A stretch of 64,000 bases of DNA from Candidatus Bathyarchaeota archaeon. GTDB lineage: Archaea; Thermoproteota; Bathyarchaeia; 40CM-2-53-6; RBG-13-38-9. The stretch lies in the NCBI GenBank assembly GCA_963807605.1, contig CAWECG010000003.1, positions 192,001 through 256,000 on the forward strand. Direction: 5' to 3'. This document shows, piece after piece, positions 1-10,520 of the stretch. The number at the start of each line of letters is the position of its first letter. The first letter of the stretch is position 1. The notes under the pieces were generated by a model, which was given only the letters and a program-made list of their open reading frames with translations, had not been told where the DNA came from and searched no databases. Position numbers and translations under genes: made by a program.

Positions 1-126
1 AGCCTGCTTGTACTGCCTTATGGCATCACCTAAACCCTTAGCAAGCTCAGGAAGCTTCTTCGGTCCAAACAGAATCAAGACAATAACCAGTACGAGTGCT
101 ATCTCCCACGGCCCAACGAATGCCAT
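1..126 (-). CDS. tatA: Twin-arginine translocase TatA/E subunit (runs off the window edge)
   Basis: Manual translation from ATG at 126: MAFVGPWEIALVLVIVLILFGPKKLPELAKGLGDAIRQYKQA (TM helix, FG hinge, amphipathic helix); GGTGA SD upstream; not in ORF track. Confidence 0.93.
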   Translation of the reverse strand, partial: MAFVGPWEIALVLVIVLILFGPKKLPELAKGLGDAIRQYKQA

Positions 127-338
127 TCTATTCACCTTCGGCTATGGAATACAATCGGATCCTTATTAATACTACTTAATAGAGTAGTACTATTTAGAGG
201 AACAGTATGTTCTCGGGCCGCAGGTCGAAGTATCTAAGGATTGGCTTTAGTGCCGAAGAGCGATTCTCGCGTGCAACTTTGCCGGATTCTATCCTCGTTG
301 ACATTGACCTTCGAACTGAGCGCAATCCAAGCGACAAG

Positions 339-348
339 AGCGCGCGCT
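339..348. repeat. Intergenic palindrome AGCGCGCGCT
   Basis: Perfect copy of the iterated 10-bp palindrome. Confidence 0.9.
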
Positions 349-415
349 GGCGAATGACCAATTCCGATGGGGCGGCAGGCGTGCATGCTCAGCCGGTGCG
401 CCCTGGGAACGCACG

Positions 416-1465
416 TCACTTATATTGTCTCAGGACCCACCAAGCAATTAGGTGCTTTATAATTCCAGGCAATAAGCCAGTTAGGACAAGTTTGCGGAAC
501 ACGATAACCCCATCTCGATCGCCCAAGCTAATGACCAGCGGCCCCTTACTCTCTTTGTAAGGAACTAATGGTTTGTTCTTCAACGTTCGATCAATATTCT
601 CCACAATCAGCCTTGCATGTCTTTCGGCGTTAGCCGCGGTCTTCTCCTCCCTTACGCTGTTTATGTCGCCCCCGACGAATATATTTGGGTACGCATCTAG
701 CTGAAGGTATTCATTCACTTTCAAAGCATTTCGATCGGTGAAGATAGTCTTGGGAAAATTCTTCACGAACCAAGGATTACACTTTATCCCTCCGCACCAT
801 ACAGCGACATCTGCTTCAATTTTCTTTCCTTTGTCCGTGACAAACGTCCCATTCTCATGATCTACGATTGTTTCTCCAAAAATAATTTGAGCACCATGCT
901 TCTCCAAGAATTTTTGAGCATAACGCGATGCTCTTGCTGGGTTTCTTTCAATTAATCGGTCATGAGGGTGAACAATAACTACTTCCTTTTTTGAAGACTT
1001 CGTCACCAATTCTCCTGCGATTTCTGTTCCGATTAGACCTCCACCAATGACAATTATACGTGACGCATTACAAATCTTGTCGTGAATCACTCTAGCGTCA
1101 AGGCAACAAGTAAGAGTAAATACGTTATTCTTGTTCTCAAGGAAGATAGGATAGTCTATCCCTGTAGATACAACTAGGAGATCGTAGTGAAATTTCTCTT
1201 TTCTTGTTTCTACAAATTGAGGAGTGGCTTGTATCAAATCATCTGTTACGACGGAGATATGTTTCAGGAAATTGGAAAAAGGCACAGTTATTTTAGATTG
1301 GTAATCTAGTTTGAATATAGCTCTGTGAACGGCTGGCGTGTATTCAAAGAAATTTTTTTTGTCAATTAATGTGGCATCCATCTTCCTACGATTGTCCAAG
1401 TTTTTGGCGATTAGGGCACCGCAGAAGCCCCCACCAAGAATAACTAGCTTCCTCAAGGCTACCAC
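416..1465 (-). CDS. FAD-dependent pyridine nucleotide-disulfide oxidoreductase (AIF/FSP1/NDH-2-like)
   Basis: Two Rossmann motifs (ILGGGFCG, VIGGGLIGTE) and NIFVGGD FAD motif. Confidence 0.88.
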   Translation of the reverse strand: MVALRKLVILGGGFCGALIAKNLDNRRKMDATLIDKKNFFEYTPAVHRAIFKLDYQSKITVPFSNFLKHISVVTDDLIQATPQFVETRKEKFHYDLLVVSTGIDYPIFLENKNNVFTLTCCLDARVIHDKICNASRIIVIGGGLIGTEIAGELVTKSSKKEVVIVHPHDRLIERNPARASRYAQKFLEKHGAQIIFGETIVDHENGTFVTDKGKKIEADVAVWCGGIKCNPWFVKNFPKTIFTDRNALKVNEYLQLDAYPNIFVGGDINSVREEKTAANAERHARLIVENIDRTLKNKPLVPYKESKGPLVISLGDRDGVIVFRKLVLTGLLPGIIKHLIAWWVLRQYK

Positions 1466-1575
1466 GACCCAACCTCACTTAGCAACCATTCTGTCTCGGC
1501 TCTAGCGGGCCAAATATATGAGTACGCGCCGGCGGATAGGAATTTTTGATCAATAAGGCGGCTCTTTGTGATTGC

Positions 1576-3228
1576 CTAAACGTATCGTCTGCAAGAGGGG
1601 CAGTACCATTTTTGATAATTAGCCGAGTAGGTTAGAGGACCATAGCATCTTGGACATACTATTCTGCAGGAAGCACTACTCGTCACTGTTCCGGCGGAAG
1701 GGCATGGTGCTGGAGCTCCCGGGAGGATTCTTCTACGCCGCCCAAGGGTCGCTGCTGCCACTATTGGAATTAGAGCAATCGGAAGCAATATTGGAAGCAG
1801 AAGGGGAAAAATTGCTGCTTGAGGTTTTGATGCAAGAGTAAGTGTTGTTGTCTTCGTGTTGTTAGAAGGTTCATCGCAGCTTATAGTACTGTCAGGGTCA
1901 GCCGTTATGGAAACATCATAGGTGCCGGGAGAGAAGCTTGATGTGTTCCAACTGAAGTGGACGACTGTTGATGTCCCGTTGGCAAGGGTTACCGATGTCA
2001 ACCCGATACTGGTCGTATTGGCGAAGAGGCCGACGTTGAAGGTTTCAGGCATTAGCCCAAGGTTTGCTATCGTCGCGTTATAGTTCACAACGTCGCCTTG
2101 GGTTGCTGTAGTTCTGGATGCTGTCATGGTGAGTGTTGAGACTTCTCGGACCGTCATGCCCGGAGGAAGATCTGCTGTTATTCCTACCTGACCTGCTCGA
2201 TCGTAGATTATGGTGGTTGGGCTTATGCTCTGTACAACAGCCACCCGCCTCTGCGCCGTGACTGTGAATGTGACCGACCATGAAGTTCCAGCTGATATCA
2301 GCGGAATCTGCCAGAAGATGACGCCGCTAGAGGTTGAATTCGGTGCCTGAGTCGCATCATTATTATAGGTCACGATTGAGGTGGGCAAGTTTTCTGTGAC
2401 GCGAATATTCTCTGCAGGGGGCGGCTGGTTAAGTTGGGCATTGATCTGGACATATATGGCGGCTAGATCAGAGCTTGATGGGGCGTAGTAGTATTTCCCG
2501 CTACCTACTTTTGCTATATCCTGCAGCAAGGTTTGATTAACGGGATCGTCGATGTAGCTGTAAGCACCACCGGGGCCAAGTCCAATGCAGTAGACTCCGA
2601 TATTGGCGGCGGCAGCACTCTGGGCTAGCTGAATGAATGGGGGTTCCGCAGTTATGCCCCAGTGTGGGTCGCCGTCAGTCATGAGAATTACCACCTTCTT
2701 GAAGCCCGGTCTCCCTTTTGCCATAAGATCTGTAATACTTTTGTTAAATGCGGCGTAAAGATTTGTGTAGCCCAAAGGAGACATGATATTGAGTATCGCA
2801 CTATCGAGTGCGACCTTGCCAGAAGAATTGGTTACTGTAATATCTTTCTCCAGCTTCAAATCCTGGGCGAAACTTATCACTTCAGCCAGATCGTCGTTGT
2901 GTTGAGCGTCTATGAAACCTTCGGCAGCTGCTTTCGCGTCTTGGTACCTTTCACCATACATGCTTCCTGTCTTGTCGATCGCTAACACAACCTCAAGCGG
3001 TTCGGAAACGACCCCACCCGTGACACTTATATTGATATCCACAGTCAGGCGTTGACCTGGCACGGCACAGGATGGGCTGATGGATTTGGTTGTGACCACG
3101 CCCGCCGGGGTCTGCGCATTGACTTTGACGGAGTTTGTGAACGGGACCATCAGAATGATTATGATCAGGAGAACCGTTAGGTGAAAACGTGTGGAGATTC
3201 GTTGCATCCACAAATACGCCATGTGCAT
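1576..3228 (-). CDS. Membrane-anchored VWA-domain protein with Ig/CARDB-like domains and cytoplasmic zinc ribbon
   Basis: N-terminal signal/TM; MIDAS-like DKTGS..T..MTDG; beta-rich CARDB-like segment; C-terminal TM + RRRR; CPRC..CPSC. Confidence 0.85.
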   Translation of the reverse strand: MHMAYLWMQRISTRFHLTVLLIIIILMVPFTNSVKVNAQTPAGVVTTKSISPSCAVPGQRLTVDINISVTGGVVSEPLEVVLAIDKTGSMYGERYQDAKAAAEGFIDAQHNDDLAEVISFAQDLKLEKDITVTNSSGKVALDSAILNIMSPLGYTNLYAAFNKSITDLMAKGRPGFKKVVILMTDGDPHWGITAEPPFIQLAQSAAAANIGVYCIGLGPGGAYSYIDDPVNQTLLQDIAKVGSGKYYYAPSSSDLAAIYVQINAQLNQPPPAENIRVTENLPTSIVTYNNDATQAPNSTSSGVIFWQIPLISAGTSWSVTFTVTAQRRVAVVQSISPTTIIYDRAGQVGITADLPPGMTVREVSTLTMTASRTTATQGDVVNYNATIANLGLMPETFNVGLFANTTSIGLTSVTLANGTSTVVHFSWNTSSFSPGTYDVSITADPDSTISCDEPSNNTKTTTLTLASKPQAAIFPLLLPILLPIALIPIVAAATLGRRRRILPGAPAPCPSAGTVTSSASCRIVCPRCYGPLTYSANYQKWYCPSCRRYV

Positions 3229-3435
3229 TATGTGTCATTTGAGTATTAATTTGTTATTACCAAAACGAGCCGCCAATCACCTCACGAAGTTGTTGATCTT
3301 CTCAGCCTGCCACGTCACATAACCACATAAATCTTGATCACCGAATGTCATTAGTTCCGAATCTAGGTGATCAGAATTCTCCGGCAGGAGTGGATTGGAG
3401 CTAACGCACGCTAGCTGTTACATAACATAGTCAAG

Positions 3436-3807
3436 TCAGTAGACGCGGCAGGCCGGCTGCTGGACAAGATACCTGAAGGGCGGAGGTTGATAGTAATACT
3501 CCTGCGGAGGCGGCAGACATGCTACAGGTACCGGGGGTGGTTGAACGAAGCCCTGGACTGGCGGAGGCTGATAGGCCATCCTCTGTGGCATCGTTGGGAC
3601 GAGGTATTCCATAGGAGGTGGTTGATACAAGACCTCAGGAGGCTGAGGAATGATACATTCCTGAGGTGGCGGTTGATAGTAGTTTAGTTGCGGAGGTTGC
3701 TGCACTGCGACGTAAGCTGGTGGTGAAGGCACCAAGTAAGGTTGAGGTGGCCAAGCAAAGCAGGCAATCTGTGCAGGTCTAGGTACAAAATAATATGACA
3801 ATATCAA
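3436..3807 (-). CDS. Pro/Gln/Tyr-rich repeat protein (YQPPP repeats)
   Basis: 123-aa ORF with TTG start and about six (Y)QPPP-like units with synonymous codon variation. Confidence 0.55.
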   Translation of the reverse strand: MILSYYFVPRPAQIACFAWPPQPYLVPSPPAYVAVQQPPQLNYYQPPPQECIIPQPPEVLYQPPPMEYLVPTMPQRMAYQPPPVQGFVQPPPVPVACLPPPQEYYYQPPPFRYLVQQPACRVY

Positions 3808-3991
3808 ACAACCTCATGTTATTGTGACAAACTTCCGATAAGACGCATATAAGATCCTACAGTTCCACTGGAAAACGAACTCTACTATCTATTTTTTCAA
3901 ATGGATCTAGAATAAACGATGCATAAGATGATAATTCTAAATAATTATCAATCGAACCTGAAATAGCCAAGAAAAGAGATCAATTTCATAG

Positions 3992-4002
3992 AGCGCGCGC
4001 GT
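3992..4002. repeat. Palindrome variant AGCGCGCGCGT
   Basis: (GC)4 core inside an AT-rich intergenic spacer. Confidence 0.85.
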
Positions 4003-4108
4003 GTAGTATGGTCCACGGATTTCCGTCACTCCCACACTCCTAGGCTTAGACTGCCGCTTGTTCATACGAAGAAAAGAAAATGCTCTCTCGATCTTTGCTC
4101 ATATTTTT

Positions 4109-5483
4109 TCAACCTCCTTTCGATCTACGGACCCTGCTCAGAAGCTTAACGAGATCTGCCACGCGTAGGTCTTCGAAATTGTCCACGACGTTCACTATCT
4201 TCTTTCGCAGACTCGCACTGGCGTAACGTTCTGATAGACCTTGAAACTTCTCCACCGCAGTTTTCCAACCAGCAGGACGGGTAAGAAAGCCCTCGTAATC
4301 ATGCTTATCCCTCTCAAAGACGCTGCCGTGCTTCATGCGTACCACAATTCTCGAAGGCATCTCCTTAGGAAAACGGCGACTGTAGTCCTCCCGTGATCTA
4401 ACGACCACTCTGCGAATTAGTTCCTGGACGTCAGCTCTTACAATTCGATCTGGAAGGTACTGCTCCGGCATCACCTGCCCATCCAAAAGGGCTACGGCCA
4501 CAAGGTAAGGCAGGCTATGATCCGCCTCCTCCTTGGTCCTAACCTGACTCTTGTCCCCCTCTTCGCCGCCTCCGATAATGTTGTAGGCCACATCGAAGGT
4601 TTCGACCTCTATCCTTTCGATCTTCTCTGCAGTAAGGCCGTATTGTCTCTTGAGCTCCAAAATTCCTTCGATGGTCGACTGGGCGTGAACTTCTGCGTTG
4701 TACTTTTTGAGGATGGTCTGGGTTACCCGTTCCAGGTCTTCTTTAGACCAGTCTATCGCAAAGTCTCCTGCGACTGTTTCCATGAAGCCCTTTTTCCCTT
4801 CAAAGACCTCCAAGGGGCCAGTTATTCCCCGCATGGCCATGAAGGTGGATTGAGTCGCACAGAAGGCAGTGTATGGATAAGCAAATCCTTTCCAGTGGGA
4901 AAGGCTCCCCGTGCGTGTTACCCGTAAGGCGTTCAAGGCAGTACCGCTGATGGCTATGGCATTGGCCGTCTTGCTGGCGTCCAGTCGAAGCGCCTTGGAG
5001 ACTCCGGATGCAACCGCATAAACTCTGGGTTGTGTGGTCAAAACCTCTGCTTCGAACAGGGGCTACGTCGCTGAGCCTGCATTGAATTTGGTAGGCCACG
5101 GCCAGTGAAACCAACAGGTCTTTCCCTCTTCCCTTGGCGTACTCCGAGCTGGCTAGCACTGCACCCAAATTGTCACTGGGATGACAGCTCTCCCCTTTTG
5201 CCAGATAGCTGTCATTGAAATCAAGATAGCGTACTAACGCGCTATTGTACAGTGATGCCAGATCTGGAGCGGTCGATCCACCGCCGATCAATGTTGAATG
5301 TTTACGACCGCCAAAGTCCTCCAGTTGTACACGAAGCATCCGTGTGGGTTCCGCGTCGAGAGCTCCAATAGCGCAACCAAGAGAGTCCAGTATCCTAATC
5401 TTCAGTTGTCTCTTTGCCTTTTCAGAGAGATCCTCAAAGGATGCATCGACTACGAATTGGGCAAGCTTCTGGACTAGGGTCAT
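4109..5483 (-). pseudogene. prpD: MmgE/PrpD family (2-methylcitrate dehydratase-like), split by frameshift near 5025
   Basis: ORF 4800-5483 (RYLDFND, HPSDN, GFDHTTQ) continues in ORF 4109-5041 (VYAVASG, WKG, ADHSLPY); may be a sequencing error. Confidence 0.85.
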
Positions 5484-5691
5484 TGATCCTTCACCTGCAC
5501 AGGATGAATGGATACATGATGTAATGGGACACGCGCGAAATAAACTCGGCAGTTACGATTCGCAAGTTCCAACTCCAACCCTACAGTGTTGAGCTGTCAA
5601 GACTGGTCTTATCTGGACGGTATGCTTTGACGGCTGAGCATTCAACCTGTTAGTTTTCACGATCGCGGGACAAAACTGGCCAATTCTTGGA

Positions 5692-7312
5692 TTAGGGACA
5701 TGTTTCGCTGTAGTCCACTGGTATATCTATTAGGCTAGTCTCACCAAGTGCAAGCGCCTCATCTAAGATTGAACGGACATCTTTGGAGCTTGTGACGCTG
5801 AAACCGCGAATCCCAAAGGCCTTTGCGAGAAGAGACAGATCTGGATTTCCAAAATTGGTTCCAGTGCATCTTCCGAACTTCGTAATCTGCTTTGATCGAA
5901 TGATTCCATAGCTGCCGTCACGGAAGACCAGATTTACTGTCACCACTCCCTCCCGTTTCGCAGTCTCGAGTTCATGCGCACTCATGAGAAACCCCCCCAT
6001 CTCCACTCAGGGTGACGATGCGGCGGTCTGGTTGTGCTAGTTTGAGTGCTATACCTCCAGGCAAAGCGATTCCCATTGCCGCCAGTCCATTCGATATGAA
6101 TACGGTGTTGGGCTTGTATGTTTCGAAGAATCGCCCTACCCACAGCTTGTGTGCACCCACATCAGAAATCAGAAGGTCATCAGGGGTCATCACGTCTCTT
6201 AGCTCTTTTAGAATTGCCGGGGGCTCAAGCAGCCCATCGTGTTTGCCCTCATTTGTTCGCAGGCTAGATAGAATTGAACTTCGAAGCACCTTGACTCGTT
6301 CAGAATTCTTTTGCGTTTGGCATTTCTCACTTAGCATCTGGATAGATTCACGAATGTCAGCCACGATTTCAACTTCAGTCACATAATTTGCTGATACCTC
6401 AGCTGGAGTGAAGTCTATGTGTATTATCTTCTTATCGCCGCTCGGATTCCACAACTTTGGGTCAATCTCTACGAAGTCATAGCCAATGCAGACTACCAGA
6501 TCTACGGCATCGAAACCCAGACGTTCATAGTCGTAGGCTTGAAGCCCCATCATTGTTAAAAGGCTCATTGGCGAGTCCCACGGAATAACGCCTTTGCCCA
6601 TCATTGTGTGAGCAACAGGTATAATGTGGTCCTCTGCAAAACGCTTGAGTTCCTCTGAACCTCCACCTCGGATCACACCGTTCCCCGCCAAGATCATCGG
6701 TTTCTCCGCCTTGGCAAGCAGGTCGGCAACCTTCTCTAGGCTCTCAGGATCTGGAGATGGCGGCCTTATCGTCTTCCAGGGTAGAGGCTTCGCCTCAGTC
6801 TCAGCACAGGCAATATCTGCAGGCAGTTCGATGTGGGTTGATCCTGGTTTCTCAGTCTGCGCTATCTTGAATGCCTTTCGAACGATCTCAGGGGTCCCTG
6901 CCGCATTTTCTATGCTGGCGTTCCATTTGGTTACCGGCTTCAGAAGCTCTAAGATGTTGATATATTGATGGGACTCCTTGTGGATTTGTGAGAGTGGCTC
7001 TTGAGCGGTGATGGCGACTAGTGGCGCCCAGTCGAGGTAAGCATCAGCAACGCCGGTGACAAGATTGGTCGCCCCAGGACCTAGAGTGGCCAAGCAGACA
7101 CCGGCACGTCCGGTTGCTCGTCCATACACATCAGCCATGAAGGCAGCAGTCTCTTCGTGGCGGGTCACTATGAAGCGTATGGTACTGTCATGAAGGGCAT
7201 CCATCAGGTCGAGATTCTCTTCTCCCGGCATGCCAAAAGCGAATCTCACCCCTTCATTTTCGAGGCAACGCACCAGCAGTTCGGCGACTTTCATATTGCC
7301 CACCATCTGCAA
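5692..7312 (-). pseudogene. Acetolactate synthase large subunit-like ThDP enzyme, +1 frameshift in a G7 run (5992-5998)
   Basis: GMPGEEN, RHEE, LGPGATN; ThDP motif GDGGFLM..DGSYG is restored if the G7 run is G6. Confidence 0.88.
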
Positions 7313-7394
7313 TCGAGGATCATGCCGATACGTCTAGGAGATCCAAAGCCATCTTTCAATCATATGGATTATTCTACAGCTACGGATTTCACCA

Positions 7395-7404
7395 AGCGCG
7401 CGCT
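7395..7404. repeat. Intergenic palindrome AGCGCGCGCT
   Basis: Perfect copy upstream of the ALS gene. Confidence 0.9.
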
Positions 7405-7849
7405 GTACTGAATTTCAGCCCTAACCCCGTACCTATTCTTCACTTACCAAAAGACCAAGCTGTAAGAAAATGATTTTGGTTCTTCACATATCGGCATTCA
7501 GACCCAAAGCTAGGAGACTATCACAAACCACCATGGAAGAACTTCATTTCAATCCCGGGGAAAACGATAGAAAGCTTAAGACTGTAGTCAAGGTCAATGA
7601 CAAAAGAACTAATTATACCAATTTAAGACAGAAAATATCGATATGTTCCCTTTACTCTTAAATGATTCAAGTAAGGTCAGCTTAAAATTATGAATATTCT
7701 ATGTGGCACTAATTGGTCAATGAAGATATTGCATATTATGTGTAACGCTTCGGTTATGTCTGAAATAAGTATTGCAACCTTCAAAGAATACATTATCGAT
7801 CAATAGAGGCTCAGATGCCCACACTTCCAGTCATCTTCAAGCATTAATT

Positions 7850-8080
7850 TTAGACCTTTAACTCTCCAACAAGTTCGACTCGCTCAAAGACTTCCTCACC
7901 GTGGGGCGCGTTCTTAAACTCTTGAGTCAGGTCTTTTCCAGCAATATGCTCAAAATGCACACCAGAGTCCCAAAGCCCACTCTGACTTACGTTGTAGACT
8001 TTTCCGTTGTAAGCAACATATACAGGTCTACCATCTTGACCGTCGAATTGTTTTAGCTCTTCAAGAGTAAATTGCTGCAT
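7850..8080 (-). CDS. Cytochrome b5-like heme/steroid-binding domain protein
   Basis: FTLEELKQFDG..YVAYNGKVYNV..H.AGKDLT..APHG. Confidence 0.9.
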   Translation of the reverse strand: MQQFTLEELKQFDGQDGRPVYVAYNGKVYNVSQSGLWDSGVHFEHIAGKDLTQEFKNAPHGEEVFERVELVGELKV

Positions 8081-8459
8081 GAACTAGGTCTCCTTCTCAA
8101 CCGATCATCAAATAGACGTTTTCAGACTCTTACCCGTCGACTTGGTTTCCCAAGATATCAACACACATTCTATAAATAATTACCCTAGCCTGTGCCTCCT
8201 TCGATTCAATGAACATGCGAACAGACGTATTGATGGATGGATAAAACTAACAGTCTCGATGTGAGGCCCGGACACGACTCAGATAGACAGACGGACAGAG
8301 TCGAGTTTGTCCTAAAGAATTGACTAATCTCACCGTCTACTTAATTTCGAACAACTTGGTTGACGAAAGATCTGCTTGATTTAGACAAGATCGGTTTGAA
8401 TTACAGCAGGGTCTTCTGTCGAATTACCAATGAAAACCTGCCTTCAATTTGATTACCAA

Positions 8460-8734
8460 TTATATAGAAGTGCTCGACATATTACTATTCAGGAGCGTCG
8501 ATGTAAGAAACATCGGCCTGAGAGATGTCATTGTAGCAGACACCTTGATCTCTAAAATTGATCCACGAGCTGGCGCGCGCTCAGCGAGCTTATTCTTTGT
8601 CGCTCCGCAAACAGGACATCTCCATGAATCAGGAAAATCTATAGGGGGGTATTCGGTTTTATTCCCGTAATCGGATCCCCTTGCACGTCGTCGAAGACGT
8701 ATATGTTACAGACCGTGCAAACCCATTTCCTCAT
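8460..8734 (-). pseudogene. Rubredoxin, frameshifted in a C6 run (8644-8649)
   Basis: MRKWVCTVCNIYVFDDVQGDPITGIKPNTP then, in a shifted frame, IDFPDSWRCPVCGATKNK (two CxxC); not in ORF track. Confidence 0.85.
8572..8581. repeat. Palindrome variant GGCGCGCGCT
   Basis: Lies where rubredoxin similarity ends. Confidence 0.8.
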
Positions 8735-8835
8735 TTCTTTCCTATCATCCGTGTTATCTCAACTATGATAATTGGCGTAGAATCATTAGAACTTTCGTTT
8801 GTCGGAGACTTTCGCAATCCCAAGAGCTGAATGTG

Positions 8836-9102
8836 TTAGGCCACTGTTATGCTTGCGGAGAGAAGAAGGGCCAAAATGAAGTAGCCTATCAAAAGCCAGA
8901 TCTTGTTCACTTTGTTGTAGCCCGGTTCGGCTGATATGTATATGAGCATCGAGAATGCGACCAACTCAGCGCTCAAAAGAACACCGAAGACTCTTTGGCT
9001 AGCAACTAGGTCAAGTGACCACATATACGCTGCCACCACAACCAGAAAGACCAGAAGCAAAATGGAAATTGTGGTTCTAACTCCTTCGTCCTCAACATTC
9101 AT
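8836..9102 (-). CDS. Small 3-TM membrane protein coupled to the cytochrome b gene
   Basis: Hydrophobic 88 aa; start overlaps cytochrome b stop (ATGA). Confidence 0.75.
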   Translation of the reverse strand: MNVEDEGVRTTISILLLVFLVVVAAYMWSLDLVASQRVFGVLLSAELVAFSMLIYISAEPGYNKVNKIWLLIGYFILALLLSASITVA

Positions 9103-10520
9103 AGGGTTTCATTCCTCCTGTAAGTTATTTCGAGCTCTCTCATCAGCCTACTTGCAGAGTAAACGAAAAAGGTCAACGATGTTACGCCAATTACTATTAC
9201 CGGTCCGACCAACCATTGATGGGCAAGTAGATTCACTACGGATGCGAGAGTCACAGAACTCAATATAATAAGAAAGATGAAAAATATCGTTGAGACCCCG
9301 TAGTTAAAAGCGTTTGTCATGGTTTTTGGAGCAGTTGTGGTCAGCGACGGTTTGACTTGAAGCCTTCTCTTCCTCCTGAAGAGGAAAAAGGATACAAGTG
9401 AGACAATGACAGCCGTCCCCCCTATTACTGTGGCAGCCTGCGCTGCCGGTATTACTTGGCCGGGCGTCACATGCCCCCAAAGAGTGAGAGCGAGAAGTTC
9501 GGCGATTAGTATAGCACCCACTGTAGTAAATACGGGTCGGGACCCCGGATTTCTTTCCTTCCCCTTATCGTAGAAAGGCAAAAGAAGCAGAAGGACTGCC
9601 ACTACCGTGACTATTCCTATCGCATAGTACATCCCAGTGCCCTCAAAGGGGGAGAATTTCAGGATTTGGTAAAACCAGAGAAAATACCAGTCTGGTTGAA
9701 CTACGAATGAGGCGGCTGCTTCAGGTGTAAACGCGGGAGGTAACACCAACGGGAATACCGCGGAGACGGTCAGTAGTAATGCGATGAAGACAAGACCTAT
9801 CATAGTTGCATATAGAAAGATCTTGGGAAACCATGGAAGATTCTTAGCGTGCCCTTTCACGTATGCAGGTATGTATGCTGCGCCATGTACTTCAAACATG
9901 TAAAGCTTGAAGCCTAGAAGAACAAGTAACGCGGCGGGTAAAAGCACGGTGTGAATTGTAAAAAACCTTCTAAGGGTTGCAGCATCGCCGCCCGTCCCAG
10001 ACATAAAGAATCCAACAAGGCTACCCAGCTGCCCTGGTAACATACCGTGCATCCCCAGAGCGACATCGGTCGCTGATTTAGAGACAACGGTCCAAGGCAG
10101 AAGATAGCCAGTAAATCCGAAGCTCAGCGTTACTATTCCAAGCAATACTCCGGCTATCCACATCAGCTCCCTCGGCCTCTTATGGACGTTGGCAAAGTAG
10201 TTGCGCATCAAGTGTGTGAAAGCCAAAAGTATCATGGCATACGCGTTATAGAGGTGGAAGGTTTCAATGAGCTGGCCTAGCGGAACTTGCTTGAACACGT
10301 ACATCGTCGAAGAATAGGCTTGATCCGGTAGGGGCACATAGTAAAGAAGCATGAACAAGCCGGTCAACCCTTGCATTACAAAAGAAATCACGGCGATCGC
10401 CCCAAGCCAATATAGAGGATTAAGAGTGTATTCTGGGGCTGGTCTCAACGGAGTTCTAGTGAAGCCTATTCGTGAGTCAAACCATTCGATTATTCTATTG
10501 TAAGTGGTCTCTTGACTCAT
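9099..10520 (-). CDS. Cytochrome b of a Rieske/cytb complex (fused b + subunit IV type)
   Basis: TGLFMLLYY, H-x13-H pair, PRELMW, GFTGYLLPW, Qo motif PDWY, LLPFYD. Confidence 0.93.
   Translation of the reverse strand: MSQETTYNRIIEWFDSRIGFTRTPLRPAPEYTLNPLYWLGAIAVISFVMQGLTGLFMLLYYVPLPDQAYSSTMYVFKQVPLGQLIETFHLYNAYAMILLAFTHLMRNYFANVHKRPRELMWIAGVLLGIVTLSFGFTGYLLPWTVVSKSATDVALGMHGMLPGQLGSLVGFFMSGTGGDAATLRRFFTIHTVLLPAALLVLLGFKLYMFEVHGAAYIPAYVKGHAKNLPWFPKIFLYATMIGLVFIALLLTVSAVFPLVLPPAFTPEAAASFVVQPDWYFLWFYQILKFSPFEGTGMYYAIGIVTVVAVLLLLLPFYDKGKERNPGSRPVFTTVGAILIAELLALTLWGHVTPGQVIPAAQAATVIGGTAVIVSLVSFFLFRRKRRLQVKPSLTTTAPKTMTNAFNYGVSTIFFIFLIILSSVTLASVVNLLAHQWLVGPVIVIGVTSLTFFVYSASRLMRELEITYRRNETL

Noticed and set aside
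207-560. ORFs 207-560 and 234-419
   Set aside because: No motifs; they span the intergenic palindrome region and overlap a real gene.
5992-5998. Phase-variable G tract in the ALS gene
   Set aside because: The tract is short and the window has several similar indels, so assembly error is at least as likely.
7412-7849. AT-rich tract as a possible origin or regulatory array
   Set aside because: No ORB-like or other repeats found and no cdc6 nearby.
8449-8670. 73-aa plus-strand ORF
   Set aside because: Antisense shadow of the frameshifted rubredoxin.
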